A stretch of DNA of 22,163 nt. Origin: an uncultured Clostridia bacterium (GTDB lineage: Bacteria > CAYTYR01 > UBA6262). Of the stretch, positions 8,567 to 17,229 are shown piece after piece. The notes below the pieces were generated by a model that saw only the letters and a list, made by a program, of their open reading frames with translations, was not told the origin of the DNA and made no database searches. Every line of letters begins with the position of its first letter. Position 1 is the first letter of the stretch. Both the position numbers and the translations under genes were made by a program. Where the stretch lies: NCBI GenBank assembly GCA_964441745.1, contig CAYTYR010000009.1, positions 62,001-84,163 on the forward strand, in the 5' to 3' direction.

Positions 8567-9273
8567 GTCCTCTAATCGAAATTAAAGACCTATCCTATGC
8601 GTATCCAGATGGCAGCATAGCCCTGGAAAATGTCTCCCTGGAGGTGGAAGAAGGGGATTGTATTGGTTTGATCGGCCCCAATGGCGCCGGTAAATCAACT
8701 TTATTATTGCATTTGAATGGTATCCTGCATGCTCATAACCAGATCTTGATAGATGGCTTGGAAATTACTCCCGACACCATTCGCCAAATACGGGAAAAAG
8801 TAGCGCTGGTCTTCCAGGACCCGGAACACCAGCTGTTCATGCCTTCTGTTTATGAAGATGTAGCTTTCGGACCGGTCAACCTGGGTTGGAGCAAAGACAA
8901 AGTTAATTGGCAAGTGGACCTGGCCCTGCAGGAAGTGGATATGCTGTCGGCAAAACACCGCTCTTCCCATCATTTGAGTTTCGGGGAAAAAAAGAGGATC
9001 TCACTGGCTACGGTCCTCTCCATGAAACCAAAGATACTGGTACTGGACGAACCTTCCAGTAATCTGGACCCTAAACACCGCTGGGAACTGATCGACTTGC
9101 TGAAAAACCTGAATATCACCAAACTGATCGCCACCCATGACCTGGAAATGGTCGGGACTCTCTGCAATAAAGTAGCTATCCTCAATCGCGGCCGGCTTAA
9201 GGCTTTCGGGCCAGCTTCCGAGATCCTCTCCAATAAAGACTTGCTGGTCAGTTATGACCTGGCCAAGCAATAA
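8563..9273 (+). CDS. cbiO: ECF transporter ATPase (CbiO/NikO type)
   Basis: Walker A GPNGAGKS, VFQDP, LSFGEKKR, Walker B LVLDEP, THD. ATGA overlap with cbiQ. Confidence 0.9.
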   Translation: MSPLIEIKDLSYAYPDGSIALENVSLEVEEGDCIGLIGPNGAGKSTLLLHLNGILHAHNQILIDGLEITPDTIRQIREKVALVFQDPEHQLFMPSVYEDVAFGPVNLGWSKDKVNWQVDLALQEVDMLSAKHRSSHHLSFGEKKRISLATVLSMKPKILVLDEPSSNLDPKHRWELIDLLKNLNITKLIATHDLEMVGTLCNKVAILNRGRLKAFGPASEILSNKDLLVSYDLAKQ

Positions 9274-9280
9274 GAATTTA

Positions 9281-9309
9281 TTTACTTTTAGCCATATTTT
9301 TGCTATACT
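9281..9309 (+). promoter_or_regulatory. Probable extended -10 sigma70 promoter for the PFK gene
   Basis: TTTACT (9281-9286), 17 nt, TATACT (9304-9309) preceded by TGn. Confidence 0.6.
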
Positions 9310-9355
9310 TTTTTTTAATTATGTTAACAGATTGTTTGTAATGTGCAGTAAGCTT

Positions 9356-9397
9356 AATCCCTGTCCGCCTCAGGCGGATGTTTTGGAATCTGTAATC
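9356..9397 (-). repeat. Degenerate family A repeat carrying a 19-nt family B palindrome
   Basis: AATC + CCTGTCCGCCTCAGGCGGA (9360-9378) + 8 nt + AATCTGTAATC (9387-9397). Confidence 0.8.
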
Positions 9398-9453
9398 AAG
9401 GGACGCTGTTTTTCATAGCGGCCCTAAACTAAGGAGGAGGAAGAAGAAGAATC

Positions 9454-10668
9454 ATGGGCGAAATTAAACGGATCGGAATTATTACCAGCGGCGGCGATTG
9501 CGGCGGCCTGAACGCAGTGGTTAAAGGCACGGCCCAAATGGCGCATAAGGAAGGGATTGAGGTTTTCGTCATCCCCAACGGTTATGCCGGATTATACAAT
9601 CTGGTTGACTTTGACAAACTGGTCAGCCTGCAGCCGGAACGCATTGATTCAGTTGAATCAAACCTGGCTGGCTCGGAAGCCGGGCATTCCCGGGTCAAGA
9701 TCAAAAAGATCGATGACGCGGATAAATACAAAAGGATCAAAGATGGCCTGAATAAATTCAAAATTGACGGTTTGGTCATCAGCGGCGGAGATGACTCTGG
9801 CAGCGTGATGGTGGACCTGATCCAGCAAGGGATTCCCTGCGTTCATGCTCCAAAAACCATGGACCTGGACCTGCAGACCTATTCAGTCGGCGCGGATTCT
9901 ACCATTAACCGCATCACTAATTTTGTGCAGGAGCTTAAGACCACCGGCCGCACCCACAACCGCATCATGGTCATAGAAGTATTCGGCCGCTATGCCGGTC
10001 ATACCGCATTCCGCGGCGGTATCGGAGCAGATTCTGATGCTATCCTTATTCCTGAAATACCGGTAGATTTTGACTTACTGTACCAGCATATCAGCAAACG
10101 TTATTGGAGCCGTATAGAAGAAAGCGATGTCCTGGCCGGCACTTATACGATCGTCGTAGCAGAAGGCCTGCGGAACTCTGATGGCACCGAACTGTATGAT
10201 GAATCGTCAGGCATTGACGCTTTTGGCCATAAGAAGCTGGCCGGAGCGGCGAAATATGTAGTGCAGGAAGTTTCCAAGCGGATGAAAGCTGATTCAAAAA
10301 CCAAAGAACACATGATCAAGAACCATATGTATGTCAAAGGCATCAACGAGATACCAGAGATCCGCTCGGTCACTCCTGGCCATTTGGTCAGAGCCGGCCA
10401 TTCTTCGGCGTATGACGTCAATTTCGGCAAAGAAGCGGGCGCCGCGGCTGTCTTGCTCCTGAAAAAAGGCATTACCGGAGTCACCGTGGCCGGAGTAGAA
10501 GGCAAAGAGGTGAAGTATATTCCCACGGCCGAAGCCATTAAACAGCGCTTTGTTGACCTGGACCAGGTCAGGTTCCATGAAAGAATGGGTGTTTGTTTCG
10601 GACGTAAGAAAGAAAATATTACGCCGAATTTCACCGAACTGAAAGGAAAGATCTCACGGCACCTGTAA
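9454..10668 (+). CDS. 6-phosphofructokinase (PfkA superfamily), probably pyrophosphate-dependent
   Basis: TSGGDCGGLN, GGDDS (Asp at the donor-specificity position), PKTMDLD, EVFGRYAG, VVAEG, DAFGH. Strong RBS AAGGAGG. Confidence 0.9.
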   Translation: MGEIKRIGIITSGGDCGGLNAVVKGTAQMAHKEGIEVFVIPNGYAGLYNLVDFDKLVSLQPERIDSVESNLAGSEAGHSRVKIKKIDDADKYKRIKDGLNKFKIDGLVISGGDDSGSVMVDLIQQGIPCVHAPKTMDLDLQTYSVGADSTINRITNFVQELKTTGRTHNRIMVIEVFGRYAGHTAFRGGIGADSDAILIPEIPVDFDLLYQHISKRYWSRIEESDVLAGTYTIVVAEGLRNSDGTELYDESSGIDAFGHKKLAGAAKYVVQEVSKRMKADSKTKEHMIKNHMYVKGINEIPEIRSVTPGHLVRAGHSSAYDVNFGKEAGAAAVLLLKKGITGVTVAGVEGKEVKYIPTAEAIKQRFVDLDQVRFHERMGVCFGRKKENITPNFTELKGKISRHL

Positions 10669-10673
10669 AGAAC

Positions 10674-10775
10674 AAATTCGAATATCGAATATCGAAATAC
10701 TAAACGCGTTAGTTTGAACATTATTATTTTGATATTTGAAATTGTTTAGGATTTAGAATTTAGTGCTTAGAATTT
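10674..10775. repeat. 7-bp-period inverted tandem repeat array
   Basis: Left arm AAATTCG-AATATCG-AATATCG-AAATACTAAAC (10674-10705). Right arm GTTTAGGATTTAGAATTTAGTGCTTAGAATTT (10744-10775). 23 of 32 positions match as inverted repeats. Confidence 0.8.
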
Positions 10776-10792
10776 AAGACTATGGAGGAAAT

Positions 10793-11404
10793 ATGCAGAA
10801 GACATTGAATATGTCAAAGCTTATAATTATGGCGCTGGCCGTTATTTTATTAGCTGGTTGCGGCGGGACCAAAGTACAAAGAGTAGATTCCGGCGAAATG
10901 ATCGATCTCAGCGGCAATTGGAATGACACTGATTCCCAACTGGTATCAGCAGAGATGATCAATGATTCCCTGAGCCGTCCGTGGGTCAGTGAATTCCGTT
11001 CTACCCAGGGCAAACCACCGACCGTAATAGTTGGCACAGTACGAAACCGTTCCAGCGAACACATTAATACTGAAACCTTCGTCAAAGACCTGGAAAGGGA
11101 ACTGCTCAACTCCGGCAAAGTGAAATTCGTCGTAGCCAGGGAACCACGCACAGAAGTGCGCGAAGAAAAGATGGATCAGGCTGATTTTGCCGATCCAGCC
11201 ACGATGAAGGCTATGGGCAAGGAAAAAGGCGCTGATTTCATGCTGCTGGGACAGATCAATACCATCATGGATGCCGCCGGCAAACAAGCAGTCATGTACT
11301 ACCAGGTAGAGCTGGAAATGATTAACATTCTCACTAATGAAAAAGTCTGGATCGGCCAAAAGAAGATTAAAAAACTGGTAACCAGGCCTAAGGCAAAATA
11401 TTAA
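10793..11404 (+). CDS. LpoB-like lipoprotein (penicillin-binding protein activator family)
   Basis: Lipobox LAGC; DLSGNWNDTD, VRNRSSEHINT, GADFMLLG, YQVELE, VWIGQKKIKK. RBS GGAGGA. Confidence 0.85.
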   Translation: MQKTLNMSKLIIMALAVILLAGCGGTKVQRVDSGEMIDLSGNWNDTDSQLVSAEMINDSLSRPWVSEFRSTQGKPPTVIVGTVRNRSSEHINTETFVKDLERELLNSGKVKFVVAREPRTEVREEKMDQADFADPATMKAMGKEKGADFMLLGQINTIMDAAGKQAVMYYQVELEMINILTNEKVWIGQKKIKKLVTRPKAKY

Positions 11405-11409
11405 TATAG

Positions 11410-11443
11410 GATTACACAGATTACTAAAAAGATTACGCAGATT
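11410..11443 (+). repeat. Family A dimer repeat (empty form)
   Basis: GATTACACAGATT (11410-11422), 8 nt, GATTACGCAGATT (11431-11443). Confidence 0.85.
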
Positions 11444-11458
11444 AGAGCAAAGATATAT

Positions 11459-12892
11459 ATGAATTTAGCGAGCAGGTATTTTATTTTTCTATTGCTGCTT
11501 TCTGGTATCTTCTTGACTGGATGCGGGGCAAACCGGCTAACTTATTATAATACCCTCAATAACTATGCAGCTGAGAAGAATTACGCAGAAGCCAATAAAT
11601 ATGTAGAAAGCCGCGCGGCTAAGTTCTATGGTGAAAATGACCTGCTGCTGTATTATTTGGACCAGGGGTACCTGTATCATCTCGGCGCAGAGTATTCTCA
11701 ATCAAACCTGATGCTGGCCGCAGCCAGCCGCTTGTCCAAGGAGCTTTTTACGAAAAGCATCTCCCAGGAAGCTTACACTTTCCTGACCAGCGATAATATG
11801 CGGCCATATTACGGGGAAGATTTTGAACAAGCCATGGTCCACGTTTTTTCCGCGCTTAATTATATTTTCCTCAATAAGGGTGAAGACGCGCTGGTGGAAG
11901 CCAGGGCAGCGGATGATTTCTTCAAGCTCCTGCAAACCAACTACAGCAATAAGGATACCTATCAGGAAGATGCCTTCGTCCGATATCTCATGGGGATGAT
12001 CTATGAAAATGAAGGCGAGACCAATGACGCCTTCATTTCCTATCGTAAAGCCTTGTACACGTACCGTGACCAGCAAAAATTCCTGGGACGGCCAATACCG
12101 CAGGAATTATTCAACAGCACCATGGACACAGCCGCCCAGCTGAAATTTAACAGCGAACAGGCTGAACTTTTGCAAGATTTTCCAGACCTGGCCGAAAATT
12201 ACAGGCAGTCTGACCCAGCCGTTAATCTCGGTGAAATAGTAGTCCTGCATTACAATGGACGGGTGCCTCATAAAATAGATAATATCCTGGAAATCGCCTT
12301 TAACCAGGCCTGGGGTTATATTGACGGAGTGAGAACTGAAGGAGAAGCGGCAGAGAGTATTGCCACCGCCAACACAGTGATCAGGTCTATCGCTGCCAAC
12401 CAGCAGATTGTCGCGGCCTTTCCGCAATATATTCCGACTAATTATAGTATTATCTCCAGCATGATCGAGCTTCAGGATCAGAGCAAACAGACTGAAGTAG
12501 TGGAAGATATAGGCAAGATAGCGGTCAAGAGCTTAAATGACCGGATCGGACGTATCTATGCCAAAACCTTTGCCCGGGCCGCATTAAAGTTTGCCTTGTC
12601 GAAAGCTGCAGTCAATAAAATTGAACAAAAAAATGATAATGCTCTTGGCGCCTTTATCTTATCAAGTACGGTAAAGGTAGCGGCAGCCTTGACTGAAAAG
12701 GCAGACAAACGCTGCTGGCAGATACTACCTGATACTATCAGGATGGCCAGGTTTAATGTCCCAGCAGGGTTGCATGACCTTAAAATCAGCTATTATGACC
12801 GCCAGGGCTTAAAAACCGGAGCCGAAGCCATCAACAACGTGATCGTCAAGAAGCGCAAAAAAACTTTTGTCCTGGTGCAGACTAATTATTAA
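11459..12892 (+). CDS. COG3014-like TPR lipoprotein
   Basis: Lipobox LTGC; LLYYLDQG, YYGEDFE, ALNY, DALVEARA, EKADKRCWQILP motifs. Adjacent to the LpoB-like gene. Confidence 0.8.
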   Translation: MNLASRYFIFLLLLSGIFLTGCGANRLTYYNTLNNYAAEKNYAEANKYVESRAAKFYGENDLLLYYLDQGYLYHLGAEYSQSNLMLAAASRLSKELFTKSISQEAYTFLTSDNMRPYYGEDFEQAMVHVFSALNYIFLNKGEDALVEARAADDFFKLLQTNYSNKDTYQEDAFVRYLMGMIYENEGETNDAFISYRKALYTYRDQQKFLGRPIPQELFNSTMDTAAQLKFNSEQAELLQDFPDLAENYRQSDPAVNLGEIVVLHYNGRVPHKIDNILEIAFNQAWGYIDGVRTEGEAAESIATANTVIRSIAANQQIVAAFPQYIPTNYSIISSMIELQDQSKQTEVVEDIGKIAVKSLNDRIGRIYAKTFARAALKFALSKAAVNKIEQKNDNALGAFILSSTVKVAAALTEKADKRCWQILPDTIRMARFNVPAGLHDLKISYYDRQGLKTGAEAINNVIVKKRKKTFVLVQTNY

Positions 12893-12894
12893 TT

Positions 12895-13506
12895 ATGCCT
12901 AAAATTATAGCAGGATCATTAATACTGGCCATCATCTTCACCACAGGAGCTTGCGGCCCTAAAGTGGCTAACCTTGGCACAACTGGTAAGAACATTATTT
13001 GTTTTGGCGACAGCTTAACCGCCGGCTATGGAGCCAAACCCGGGGAAGACTATCCTGCCGTCTTGTCCAATATTTTGGGTCAGCCAGTCATCAATGCCGG
13101 TGTCAGCGGCCATACTACGCGCCAGGCATTGGAGCGTTTACAGGCCGATGTCCTGGACAACGATCCTAAGCTCGTGATCGTTCAATTCGGTGGCAATGAT
13201 TTTTTCCGGAAGATCCCCAAAAATGAAACCAGGGATAACCTGGACCAAATAGTCCTGCAGATTCAGGGAAAAGGGGCCATGGTAGCAATAGCCGGAGTAC
13301 GAATTGGTTTATTGGTAGATGAATACGATGATATTTTCGAGCAGGTAGCTAGGGACAGGAAATGTATTTACATTCCTAATATCATCAAAGACATCTTTAC
13401 CGACCCGGCGAAAAAGAGCGATGAAATACACCCAAATGCTTTAGGTTACAAGATCATTGCCCAGCGGGTATATGAGAGAATTAAACCTTTCGTAATGAAG
13501 AAGTAG
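12895..13506 (+). CDS. GDSL/SGNH lipase / arylesterase (probable lipoprotein)
   Basis: FGDSLTAG, NAGVSG, GGND, DEIHPN. Signal peptide ends in GAC. Confidence 0.92.
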   Translation: MPKIIAGSLILAIIFTTGACGPKVANLGTTGKNIICFGDSLTAGYGAKPGEDYPAVLSNILGQPVINAGVSGHTTRQALERLQADVLDNDPKLVIVQFGGNDFFRKIPKNETRDNLDQIVLQIQGKGAMVAIAGVRIGLLVDEYDDIFEQVARDRKCIYIPNIIKDIFTDPAKKSDEIHPNALGYKIIAQRVYERIKPFVMKK

Positions 13507-13620
13507 GTTATAGGGTGTGGAAGTTAGTATGGAAGTAGGAAATAAGTTGTAAGGAATTAAGCCCAACTTCTTAAGACCTTAGACCATACCTACTTCCAAA
13601 ACCAACACCTTATTTCTTTA
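13501..13620. repeat. Imperfect inverted repeat with a C-free left half and a nearly G-free right half
   Basis: 13501-13560 contains no C and 13561-13620 has only 3 G. GGAAGTAGG (13531-13539) is the inverse of CCTACTTCC (13589-13597). Confidence 0.65.
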
Positions 13621-13646
13621 TTGACATTGTTTTGTGTGAGGTTAAC

Positions 13647-14786
13647 ATGCGTCAATACTTTTGGATTTTCATGACTTTTCTGACTATTTTTATCATCGTC
13701 TATGGCGGCAGCCACCTCTATGTTTATTTCCGGTTGGTCTATCCACTGCGGTTAACTGGATTTGTTTCCTGGCTGATCAAGATTCTTTTTATCATCTTCT
13801 GCCTTTCTTTTCCCTTACTGCACTTTGTCACCAGAGGGCAAAATGGCCCGATCGTTGAGATCGCGAATTATGTTTCCTCTGTCTGGATGGGACTGATCGT
13901 TTATCTGTTCCTGGCGACACTTGGCTTTGACCTGGTCAGGTTACTGTTAAAATTAGCCGGAAATCACACTTTGCAAAACCCGCGCCTATTCGCCTCCCTG
14001 GTTTCAAGCCTGGCCATTGCTGTCACTATCTACGGCCTGGTGGAAGCAACGAACATCGGCATTACCAGGATCAGCGTAAAAATACCTACTCTCCCTGAAA
14101 AACTGGCAGGGACCACTATCGCCCAGATCTCTGACGCGCATATGGGCTTGATCATCCAAGGGAAACGGCTGGAGAAGATCGTCACACTGACGAATAGTCT
14201 CAATCCAGATTTGATCGTCATCACCGGAGACCTGGTTGATGAGCAAGCACTGCACATGGAAGAATTAGTAGAACCTTTACAAAGGCTCAAAAGCAAATAT
14301 GGCGTTTTTGCCTGTACCGGAAACCATGAATTTTTTGCCGGTATCGAAAAAGCTGCCGCCTTTATTGAAAAAAGCGGAGTGCGCTTACTGCGCAACCAAT
14401 GGATCAATGTAGCAGACGGATTGCAATTGGTGGGACGTGATGATCAAGCCGGTACGCGCGTAGTCGGGGGAAAAATACCGCCATTAGCTGAGATCATCAA
14501 AGGTATTGATCCAAACAAGCCGGTCATCTTACTGAATCATACACCAAACACGACCATGAATGAACTACAACAGCTGGGGATAAACCTGCAACTGAGCGGA
14601 CATACGCACAAAGGCCAGTTATGGCCTTTTCAGTATATTGTCAAAAAGATCTATGATCTGCCCTATGGCTTATTTAATTCCGGCAATACCAGTATCTATG
14701 TCAGCCGCGGGACTGGTACCTGGGGACCACCGATTAGAGTAGGGGCTCCTCCGGAAATCACTTTTATTACCTTGGAGAAAAAATAA
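13647..14786 (+). CDS. Membrane-anchored metallophosphoesterase (YkuE/YaeI-like)
   Basis: 4 N-terminal TM helices; QISDAH, TGDLVD, GNHE, LSGHTHKGQ, VSRGTGTWGPP. RBS GAGG. Confidence 0.92.
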   Translation: MRQYFWIFMTFLTIFIIVYGGSHLYVYFRLVYPLRLTGFVSWLIKILFIIFCLSFPLLHFVTRGQNGPIVEIANYVSSVWMGLIVYLFLATLGFDLVRLLLKLAGNHTLQNPRLFASLVSSLAIAVTIYGLVEATNIGITRISVKIPTLPEKLAGTTIAQISDAHMGLIIQGKRLEKIVTLTNSLNPDLIVITGDLVDEQALHMEELVEPLQRLKSKYGVFACTGNHEFFAGIEKAAAFIEKSGVRLLRNQWINVADGLQLVGRDDQAGTRVVGGKIPPLAEIIKGIDPNKPVILLNHTPNTTMNELQQLGINLQLSGHTHKGQLWPFQYIVKKIYDLPYGLFNSGNTSIYVSRGTGTWGPPIRVGAPPEITFITLEKK

Positions 14787-15190
14787 TGGTGACCAAGTTT
14801 CATACCACCAGGTTGTTGTTAACAGAAGTTGCCGCTGTCGCCGCCTTAATTTTGAGCTTTAGTGTGGCCATGGTCACGATATTCAGCGGACAAACATTCC
14901 CCGCGCATGACTACCTGATAGCAATATCTTTAGCCTTGATCGGCCTTTCCCTTTTTTCCATCTGTTTCCGTGGCTGCGCTATGAGTGACAATCATCACTG
15001 GCGGATGTTCATGGGCATTATCTTTGTGCTCTGGGGCATCGACCTGGTCCTGCCCAACGGGACGATCAAGATACAGTTCAATGATATCATTACCGTATTA
15101 TTTGTCTATGACTTATTCCTGATCATCTATGACAACTCCTCTGTGATCTTATGCGGGCCCAAGGTTTGTAAAATGGAGAAAAAGAAGTGA
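14786..15190 (+). CDS. Hypothetical membrane protein (about 4 TM)
   Basis: Hydrophobic 134-aa ORF coupled to both neighbours (TAATG and GTGA overlaps). Confidence 0.72.
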   Translation: MVTKFHTTRLLLTEVAAVAALILSFSVAMVTIFSGQTFPAHDYLIAISLALIGLSLFSICFRGCAMSDNHHWRMFMGIIFVLWGIDLVLPNGTIKIQFNDIITVLFVYDLFLIIYDNSSVILCGPKVCKMEKKK

Positions 15191-15984
15191 CCACAAATCC
15201 AATTATTGATATTCATACCCATATTTTCCCTGATCACGGCGCTGCCCGGATCATTGCCGCCCTGGAAGAAGAAGGGGACTGCCAGGCGTTTACCGATGGC
15301 ACCCGGCAGGGATTACTTGATTCCATGCAGCAGTCAGGCGTCCAGGTCAGTGTACAGGCGCCGGTAGCCACGCGGGCTGACCAGGTAGAAATTATCAATT
15401 CGTACGCCATCAAGGTCACTGACCAAAGGATCATCTCTTTTGGCGCTTTACATCCAAAATATCTTCATTACAAGAAAGAGATCGCCCGGCTGAAAGCGGC
15501 GGGTATTAAAGGGGTAAAATTCCACCCTGAATACCAGGATTTTTTCCCTGAAGACGAGGTGATGTTCCCGATCTACGAAGAACTGGCCAAGGCTAAACTT
15601 ATTGCATTTTTCCATGCCGGCCGGGACATTGCTTTTGATAACGTCCATGGGACCCCGGCTCGTTTCTCCAAACTGATCAAGGCTTTCCCCAATTTAAAAC
15701 TGGTATTGGCGCATATGGGCGGCTTCGAGATGTGGGAGGAAGTACTGGAGCAGATCATCGGCAAAGATGTCTATATTGACACTTCCTATTCTATGAATTA
15801 TATGTCTAACCAGGCTTTTCTGCAATTGATCGAACGCCATGACCCTGACCTGATCTTATTCGGCACTGATTCTCCTTGGCAAGGCCAAAAAGAGGAACTC
15901 GCCAAGTTAAAAGCGCTGATCAGCGATGAAACAGAGCTGGAAAAAATCATTTCACTAAATGCCTGTACCTTACTAGACCTCTAA
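15187..15984 (+). CDS. Amidohydrolase family protein (Amidohydro_2-like)
   Basis: IDIHTH, GVKFHP, FHAG, AHMGG, FGTDSPW. Confidence 0.9.
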   Translation: MTTNPIIDIHTHIFPDHGAARIIAALEEEGDCQAFTDGTRQGLLDSMQQSGVQVSVQAPVATRADQVEIINSYAIKVTDQRIISFGALHPKYLHYKKEIARLKAAGIKGVKFHPEYQDFFPEDEVMFPIYEELAKAKLIAFFHAGRDIAFDNVHGTPARFSKLIKAFPNLKLVLAHMGGFEMWEEVLEQIIGKDVYIDTSYSMNYMSNQAFLQLIERHDPDLILFGTDSPWQGQKEELAKLKALISDETELEKIISLNACTLLDL

Positions 15985-15985
15985 T

Positions 15986-16381
15986 ATGACCTTTACCAAA
16001 CACGCGAAAAGATATTTAATACTGGCGATGATCTGGTCGGTCTTCCTGCTATTCCTTTCAGTGCAGCCGTCCGACGAGGTAGAAATATTCCTGCCTTTTG
16101 ACCTGCTGGCCAGCCTGGCCCATGCGGTGGTGTATTTTCTGCTGGCGGCTTTGCTTTGCCTGGCTTTACGGTTTTGGAAATATCAGCTAATCTATATTGC
16201 CCTGATCTCATTCCTCTATACACTGATCTGGGGCATTGTCAATGAACTGGTTCAGTTTTATGAACCTACCAGAAGTCCCAGCTTAAGCGATGTGCTCAGC
16301 GATTCTATTGGCGCGGCACTGGCGATAGCTTTATTCATCTGGTGGCGTCATAGGAAACTACCATTAAACAAATCTGCGTAA
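15986..16381 (+). CDS. VanZ family protein
   Basis: LAHAVVYFLL, GIVNELVQFYEPTRSPSLSDVLSDSIGA. Confidence 0.88.
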   Translation: MTFTKHAKRYLILAMIWSVFLLFLSVQPSDEVEIFLPFDLLASLAHAVVYFLLAALLCLALRFWKYQLIYIALISFLYTLIWGIVNELVQFYEPTRSPSLSDVLSDSIGAALAIALFIWWRHRKLPLNKSA

Positions 16382-16472
16382 TCCTTGTCCGCCTCTGGCG
16401 GAGTATTTAGAAATCTGTGCCGCGCCCGCCAGCGCTCTTTGGCGGGTATTCCCTGCCTGCCGGCAGGCAGGG
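16371..16472. repeat. Stacked repeats: family A + family B insert + two further palindromes
   Basis: AATCTGCGTAATC (16371-16383), CTTGTCCGCCTCTGGCGGA (16384-16402), 9 nt, truncated AATCTGTG, CCCGCCAGCGCTCTTTGGCGGG (16425-16446), perfect palindrome CCCTGCCTGCCGGCAGGCAGGG (16451-16472). Confidence 0.85.
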
Positions 16473-16491
16473 TACTTCAAAAGAGGAAAAC

Positions 16492-17229
16492 ATGAAAAAA
16501 AACCTGCACCGTTTCTTTGTTCCACCCAATAATATCCAGGACCAGACAGTCATCTTGACGGAAGAACACGGCAACCATATTAAAAACGTGCTTAGAATGA
16601 AGCCAGGTGATTCCTGTATGGTTTTTGACGGCACTGGGTTTGAGTATGAAGTACTCCTGGAAACGATCCAGCCAGAACCAGCCGGCCGGATCATCAACCG
16701 CTTCATCTCCGGCCTTCCGGAAAAAGTTAAAATTACCCTGGTCCAGGGCCTGGCTAAAAGCGATAAAATGGATCTTATTATCCAAAAATGCAGTGAAATA
16801 GGAGTAGCTACTTTTATTCCTTGCCGGTGTGAAAGGACCATTGTCAAACTAGACCAGGCTGGAGCGATCAAAAAGCAGGAACGCTGGCAAAAGATCTCCC
16901 AGTCAGCGGCTGAACAATCTCATAGCCTAACTGTACCCCAGGTTAAACCAGTGACTGATCTGTCCTTAGTTCTGAAGCAAGTTAACCCAGGACAGCTGGC
17001 CATTATCCCCTGGGAAAACGAAAAATCAACCAGCCTTAAGCAAGTACTAAGAAGTAGTACCGCCCGGGATATTATCTTTTTTATCGGACCAGAAGGGGGA
17101 TTCAGCGAGCAGGAAATAACCGCAGCAAAAAAAGCGGGGGTGCTCCCGGTCAGTCTCGGCCAACATATTTTGCGGACCGAAACTGCCGGGATAGCAGTAG
17201 CAGCGATCGTGCGGTATGAGCTGGATTAA
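16492..17229 (+). CDS. rsmE: 16S rRNA m3U1498 methyltransferase RsmE
   Basis: HIKNVLRM, QKCSEIGV, AAEQS, IGPEGGFS, LGQHILRTETA. RBS GAGGA before ATG 16492. Confidence 0.95.
   Translation: MKKNLHRFFVPPNNIQDQTVILTEEHGNHIKNVLRMKPGDSCMVFDGTGFEYEVLLETIQPEPAGRIINRFISGLPEKVKITLVQGLAKSDKMDLIIQKCSEIGVATFIPCRCERTIVKLDQAGAIKKQERWQKISQSAAEQSHSLTVPQVKPVTDLSLVLKQVNPGQLAIIPWENEKSTSLKQVLRSSTARDIIFFIGPEGGFSEQEITAAKKAGVLPVSLGQHILRTETAGIAVAAIVRYELD

Noticed and set aside
10143-10721. 192-aa minus-strand ORF
   Set aside because: Antisense shadow of the PFK gene.
13621-13648. TTGACA promoter before the metallophosphoesterase
   Set aside because: The only plausible -10 (TAACAT, 16-nt spacer) overlaps the start codon.
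15986-16381. VanZ as a glycopeptide-resistance determinant
   Set aside because: VanZ-like proteins are widespread and no van cluster genes are present.
16417-16491. N-terminal extension of RsmE (MPRPPALFGG...)
   Set aside because: It is translated repeat DNA; the RBS and ATG at 16492 fit the RsmE start.
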